Below, in pieces: positions 57,795 through 64,000 of a DNA stretch of 64,000 nt (position 1 is the first letter of the stretch; every line of letters begins with the position of its first letter). Both the position numbers and the translations under genes were made by a program. A model generated the notes under the pieces. That model saw nothing but the letters and a program-made list of their open reading frames with translations. It was not told where the DNA came from and did not search any database. Source of the stretch: the human T2T-CHM13v2.0 reference genome, Homo sapiens; the NCBI RefSeq assembly GCF_009914755.1, contig NC_060944.1; one strand, 5' to 3'.

Positions 57795-59739
57795 CTACTT
57801 TTAATTTGCTAGCTCTGTGACCTTAGGAAAGTTACATAACCTCTCTGAACTGCAACTGTTTCATTTACAAAATGGAGATAATGATAGTTTTTCTCTAATT
57901 GGTTTGTTGTGAGATAATTCATATAAAGCTGATGGTGCCAGATTACACTCAAAAAAAGCATTCAGCTGTCATTATCATTATGACTTCTTTTGTTAATGTT
58001 ATAGCCTTTCCTTCTCTAGGGAAAAGGAGGCCAGAGTGGACCTAGGCTGACTGAGAGAATTCAGCTCAGTCTTTTGAATTATTTTGAGGTAGAGGAATGA
58101 TTGATATAGTATAGATTATTAAATTAGGACTTCACTTTTGGAGAAAAGGTCAGATATCATTGTTGTCTTATTTTTCTTCACTTTCCCACATTTTTGCAGC
58201 CATAGCTCCATCCATTTGGTTAAGAACTTAGAAGCTCACAAACTCGGGTCAAAGACAGGTCGAAATCCTCAAATCCCTTAAGAACTTCAGCTTATTCAGG
58301 AAGGGATATTTACAGAAAACTAGCAATTGTATAAGTCTCCAAAAAAGCATACATTACTTGAGGATCCATATATTTTTGGCATCCTCAGGGTTGCTGTGAT
58401 GATTTATAGAAGGTTTGTTTATTTAATTTACTTTATTTCAAATAGGTTTTAATTTTTGTACCCTTAAGAAAAGATTCGTACTCTTCCCTGGCAGATTAAA
58501 GAAAATGAGCGTATATTCCCTAACCTTGGCCAGTTACTTTCCTGGGTTTGAGGGTTTCTGTGAACGTCTAACTTACCTCTGTGACCTGTTTCTGCAACCA
58601 GGGGTGTTGCAATGGATGCTTTTGTCTTGAGGATGGGACCTTTCAAGAAACAGATTCACTGAGGTGCAGTGGGAAGGTCAGAGAAAGATCTTCGTATCGC
58701 CTATTATTATTTGCTCGTCTATTTTTTCTCCTTTCTTAAGGCCACTAACTGATTCTCCTTTGCTAAGACTGCCTACTTCCACTGAGACCTTGAACCACAT
58801 GAAATTGTTGTTGTCTGTGTTTCTGGTCAAATAGTGGCAATTTTGTATGATTCAATCTTGTCATTTAATTTTTTGGGAGGTTATTATTCTATTTCATACC
58901 TTTTTTATACCCATCTTCTTTACTTCATTTACCTGTCCCTCATACTTGACTTGTAGCTTGTCCCTTCACTGTCATCGTCTGGCCATGTGGGTGTGTACGT
59001 GTGTGCGAGAGAGAGAATGTGTGAGAATGTATGTTTCTTTATGCATTGGGATTTAGGGTTTTTCTTGCAATTGTGATTTCTCTGGGCACTTTTGTTAATA
59101 TAGCTAGTCAGCGAGTGCTCTAGATAATTTTCCTTGCCTCCCCCTCTTTGAAAGAAAAGAGGGTGTTCTTAGATGTATTCTTATCAGATAAGCCAGTAGC
59201 TCAGGTGCTGGTCTGGCTTTGGTGTCATTGGGGTCTGAGGTTGCTGACTTTTACCTTCTCTGCTGAAAAATTACCTTCAGCAGAAACGTCTGAATTGCAA
59301 GGAGAAGGAGAAAAAAACAGGCCAAACACAGTCCTTGGTACTCCTTGGGAGCCACTGAGAAGAGTCCAGGTTCAAATGGTCAGAAGGTTATTTTAATGAT
59401 TGTGTCTGGCCTAAAGTACCATTAGCTTCCAGTGGAGTTTAGAATGTGGATGGATCCTGAAAGGTATTCCCCAGAGGTTTGGATTAATAGGCACAAGGGA
59501 ACCCTAAAGGACTCTATTGGCCTGATACTCCCCATATCCACGTAGAAGAGCTTTAGAAGAACCTTCTGTTCTGAGACCCTGGCTGGGCCCACCCAGAGCT
59601 GGCCCATTCAACTCTTACTCCTTTGCCACCACTAATGGTTCTTCTACTAGTTTTTATATTATTTAACAAAAAGGCACTTTAAAAATGCACTCCTGGCAAT
59701 CTATACTGGAATATGAAAAACATGCTGCAAAACCTTGAC

Positions 59740-59901
59740 ACTCCAAGTGTGGTCTTACAGTTCCCAGAATCCCCTCCTTGAGGAGCTGCTAGAAATGCTG
59801 AATCTCAAGCATCTCCCCAGACCTACTGAATCAGAGCCTGCATCTGAAGCTTTACGGTGTACAAGCTGTTTTATGTGAAGGCTGAAGTTTGAAAAGCACT
59901 G
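59740..59901. mobile_element. MER5-like hAT element in intron 2
   Basis: tagaaatgc.gaatctc..ccccagacctactgaatcaga...agtttgaaaagcactg. Confidence 0.6.
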
Positions 59902-61442
59902 CATTAAAGCGTTAGTTTGGTATAAACTGCCCTGACTGAACTTGGTGTGTCCACTTAGCTTGCATGATGACTGTTGCTTTGATGATGAAGGCTTACACGG
60001 GTAGATCCTTTGAGTGAGTGATCTGACATGATTCTCCTTTGCTAAGGCATCTAGATTCAGTGCACAACTTACAGCTGTTTGTCTTTAGGGGAAATACAAC
60101 TGTAAAATTAATAAAAACATAGTCTCTTCTTATGATAACATGGAACGATGGCAAAATAGATTTTGTTAGCACTTGGGTAGGAATTCTGAATGAAGCAGGC
60201 AAATTCTGTTGGCAGTGAAATGATAGGATGTGGTAAAGTTAGAATAAAATAAACTTAAATGTCTCAAACTCTCATGGTATATACTACCAGTTTAATAATA
60301 ATGTTGTACCTTTGATGATTTGCAGACTACAAGCATTCAAGGTGCTGTGTTATATATTACTTGCTTGGAGAATAATACTTCTTAAAAATTGAAATTCAGA
60401 AATTTTAAATCAGACAAAGCTTTTGTGCATGGCCCACTTAAATGGCTATTTTGAAATAATGATAGTGGATATAGAAGGATTATTCTGTAATAGGATGAGA
60501 CTGTTCCTTTTGTCATGGAGATCATAATCATATTTTTGTAAATTTTTATTATTTTTTTGGTTTTGTGTCCATCCTGCACACTATTACTGGGTAGGTACAT
60601 GGTTTTTTAACATGGTTTATCTTTCAAAACTATAAAGGCATTGCAAACAGAAGACAGGTCATTTATTTTTCTTCCAAAAGCATCTAAAATGAGATTTTGA
60701 TATTTGAGGTCATAAAGAGGTGAGAGAACAGACAACAGTTGGGAAAGCTATTTCTCTTGAAATTGTTTGGCCTTAATTACTACAGTGTCCTAGTACCACC
60801 CATACGTTTCCAAAGAAGTAGATCCCTGTAAATGCCTTTGTCTCTGGACTTTTGAGTAAAATAGTAGGGTGTGCTTTGCAAAATGTCATCGTTGATGTTG
60901 AGTTTCAGAGTCTTTAATTAGGAAGCTGAAATCTGTATATCGAGATTTGTAAATCATCTAAATTGCAGAGTAATGTTTTAGAATACTGCTTAAGGGATTG
61001 GCATTAAAGCCTTTTTTAAAAAAGAAATGCAATAATTTCCTCAAATCCTCACTCATTAGACCTCTACTAACTATAGTGCTGACTTTTTTTTTTTTTTACC
61101 CTAAAGTCTGGAATTCCAAAGAAATGCTTCACCATTTCCCCCATTATTATAGCCACCTGGAAGCAGTATTCATGTATTAGATCAAAAACACAACAAAGAA
61201 TTATGAAAGGTTGTTTCCTGGTATGCAATGCATGATGACATGAACTTACAGAACAGAGAGAAGGGAGGCTCCATGTTTATTTAAAGAGGAAATTTTTATT
61301 TTCTGGTTACCTACTTTTACATGGGTTACATCAAATCCCACGATGAGGTTTAAAAATTCTCATAGATAATCAAACGTCATTACTTGGCTTACTGAAATTC
61401 AGACTTTTCTTTTTTCTTCCCTGTTTTTCTCTATCAAATTAG

Positions 61443-62287
<845 letters not shown>

Positions 62288-63461
62288 TACAGCAAAATTA
62301 AATACATAAATATATATATATATATATATTTTAGAAAAAAGAAAAAAACAAACAAACAAAAAAACCCCACCCCAGTTGACACTTTAATATTTCCCAATGA
62401 AGACTTTATTTATGGAATGGAATGGAAAAAAAAACAGCTATTTTGAAAATATATTTATATCTACGAAAAGAAGTTGGGAAAACAAATATTTTAATCAGAG
62501 AATTATTCCTTAAAGATTTAAAATGTATTTAGTTGTACATTTTATATGGGTTCAACCCCAGCACATGAAGTATAATGGTCAGATTTATTTTGTATTTATT
62601 TACTATTATAACCACTTTTTAGGAAAAAAATAGCTAATTTGTATTTATATGTAATCAAAAGAAGTATCGGGTTTGTACATAATTTTCCAAAAATTGTAGT
62701 TGTTTTCAGTTGTGTGTATTTAAGATGAAAAGTCTACATGGAAGGTTACTCTGGCAAAGTGCTTAGCACGTTTGCTTTTTTGCAGTGCTACTGTTGAGTT
62801 CACAAGTTCAAGTCCAGAAAAAAAAAGTGGATAATCCACTCTGCTGACTTTCAAGATTATTATATTATTCAATTCTCAGGAATGTTGCAGAGTGGTTGTC
62901 CAATCCATGAGAATTTACATCCTTATTAGGTGGAATATTTGGATAAGAACCAGACATTGCTGATCTATTATAGAAACTCTCATCCTGCCCCTTAATTTAC
63001 AGAAAGAATAAAGCAGGATCCATAGAAATAATTAGGAAAACGATGAACCTGCAGGAAAGTGAATGATGGTTTGTTGTTCTTCTTTCCTAAATTAGTGATC
63101 CCTTCAAAGGGGCTGATCTGGCCAAAGTATTCAATAAAACGTAAGATTTCTTCATTATTGATATTGTGGTCATATATATTTAAAATTGATATCTCGTGGC
63201 CCTCATCAAGGGTTGGAAATTTATTTGTGTTTTACCTTTACCTCATCTGAGAGCTCTTTATTCTCCAAAGAACCCAGTTTTCTAACTTTTTGCCCAACAC
63301 GCAGCAAAATTATGCACATCGTGTTTTCTGCCCACCCTCTGTTCTCTGACCTATCAGCTTGCTTTTCTTTCCAAGGTTGTGTGTTTGAACACATTTCTCC
63401 AAATGTTAAACCTATTTCAGATAATAAATATCAAATCTCTGGCATTTCATTCTATAAAGTC
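62288..63461 (+). other. BMP2: BMP2 3'UTR with AU-rich conserved region
   Basis: Nine ATTTA pentamers between 62408 and 62722; (TA)n at 62310-62328; PUF element TGTACATA at 62674-62681; miR-140-5p seed match AACCACT at 62610-62616. Confidence 0.85.
63007..63428 (+). terminator. Polyadenylation signals AATAAA at 63007-63012, 63133-63138 and 63423-63428
   Basis: Canonical hexamers. GT/T-rich elements follow the second (gtggtc, tttatttgtgtttt) and third (ttgtgtttgcatttttgttt). Confidence 0.75.
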
Positions 63462-64000
63462 CAACCTGTAAGAGAAAATGGTGCATTTGTATAGCGCTTA
63501 CAATGATGACCTTGTGTTTGCATTTTTGTTTCTGAAGTTATATATTTTAGAGGGGGTGGGGGAAAGGTAATGAATGGCTGGAAAATTGCAGGCAAGTTAT
63601 TTGATAAGTCATATTTGCACTAAAGGTGTTACCAGTGATTTAGTATTTTTCAAATGAACTTCTTTGGGGCAGAAAGATTTAAGGGAAAACTAAAGCCTAC
63701 AAAACAAGCAAAACCTGGATAACCCGAGATAAAGTTTCAGAGATAATAGCCCATGCAACAGAGGCAACGGTGCCAGAAAATTAGAAAGGGAAAGTGTCGG
63801 AGATCAGCTTCTATAAGAACATCTGCCAGTTGGACTGACGCCCAAACAGAATGAAGTCAAATTAGGCTGCTCAGATTGAACACTTACCAGAGTGTCAGGG
63901 CTTCTGTACCCTGGGTTAGAATCAGACCAAGGAAGGGTTCAGCAGATGTTCATAAGAGCAGGGCACCCACAACTACCCACTATTTTACTGGCAGTATTTT

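Overview
This is human genomic DNA containing the complete BMP2 gene (bone morphogenetic protein 2, + strand) and about 50 kb of repeat-rich, gene-poor upstream sequence. Gene structure read from the sequence: CpG-island promoter with a TATA-like box (50842-50848), non-coding exon 1 (about 50870-52060), exon 2 (53317-53669, ATG at 53324), exon 3 (from 61443, stop 62285-62287) and an AU-rich 3'UTR with three AATAAA signals. The spliced CDS is 346+845=1191 nt, giving a 396-aa preproprotein with an REKR furin site and a 7-cysteine TGF-beta domain. This haplotype encodes Ser190. The upstream region is a mosaic of Alu, MIR, L1, L2, MaLR/ERV LTR and hAT/Tigger DNA-transposon relics; repeat family names come from recalled consensus motifs and need RepeatMasker confirmation. 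No rRNA, tRNA, CRISPR or other protein-coding gene is supportable, and nearly all other ORFs in the track are artefacts of repeats or the CpG island. I found no convincing new biological system. The best unexplained signals are: an old diverged 240-bp duplication 3-4.5 kb upstream of the promoter with TATA- and splice-donor-like motifs; a dense uORF array in the 5' leader, including a TGATG stop-start overlap and a uORF in frame with the CDS; a repeat-free island with three GCAGACAAA (SMAD-type) motifs; an exact 18-mer repeated in intron 2; a young AluYa5; and an old twin-primed L1.
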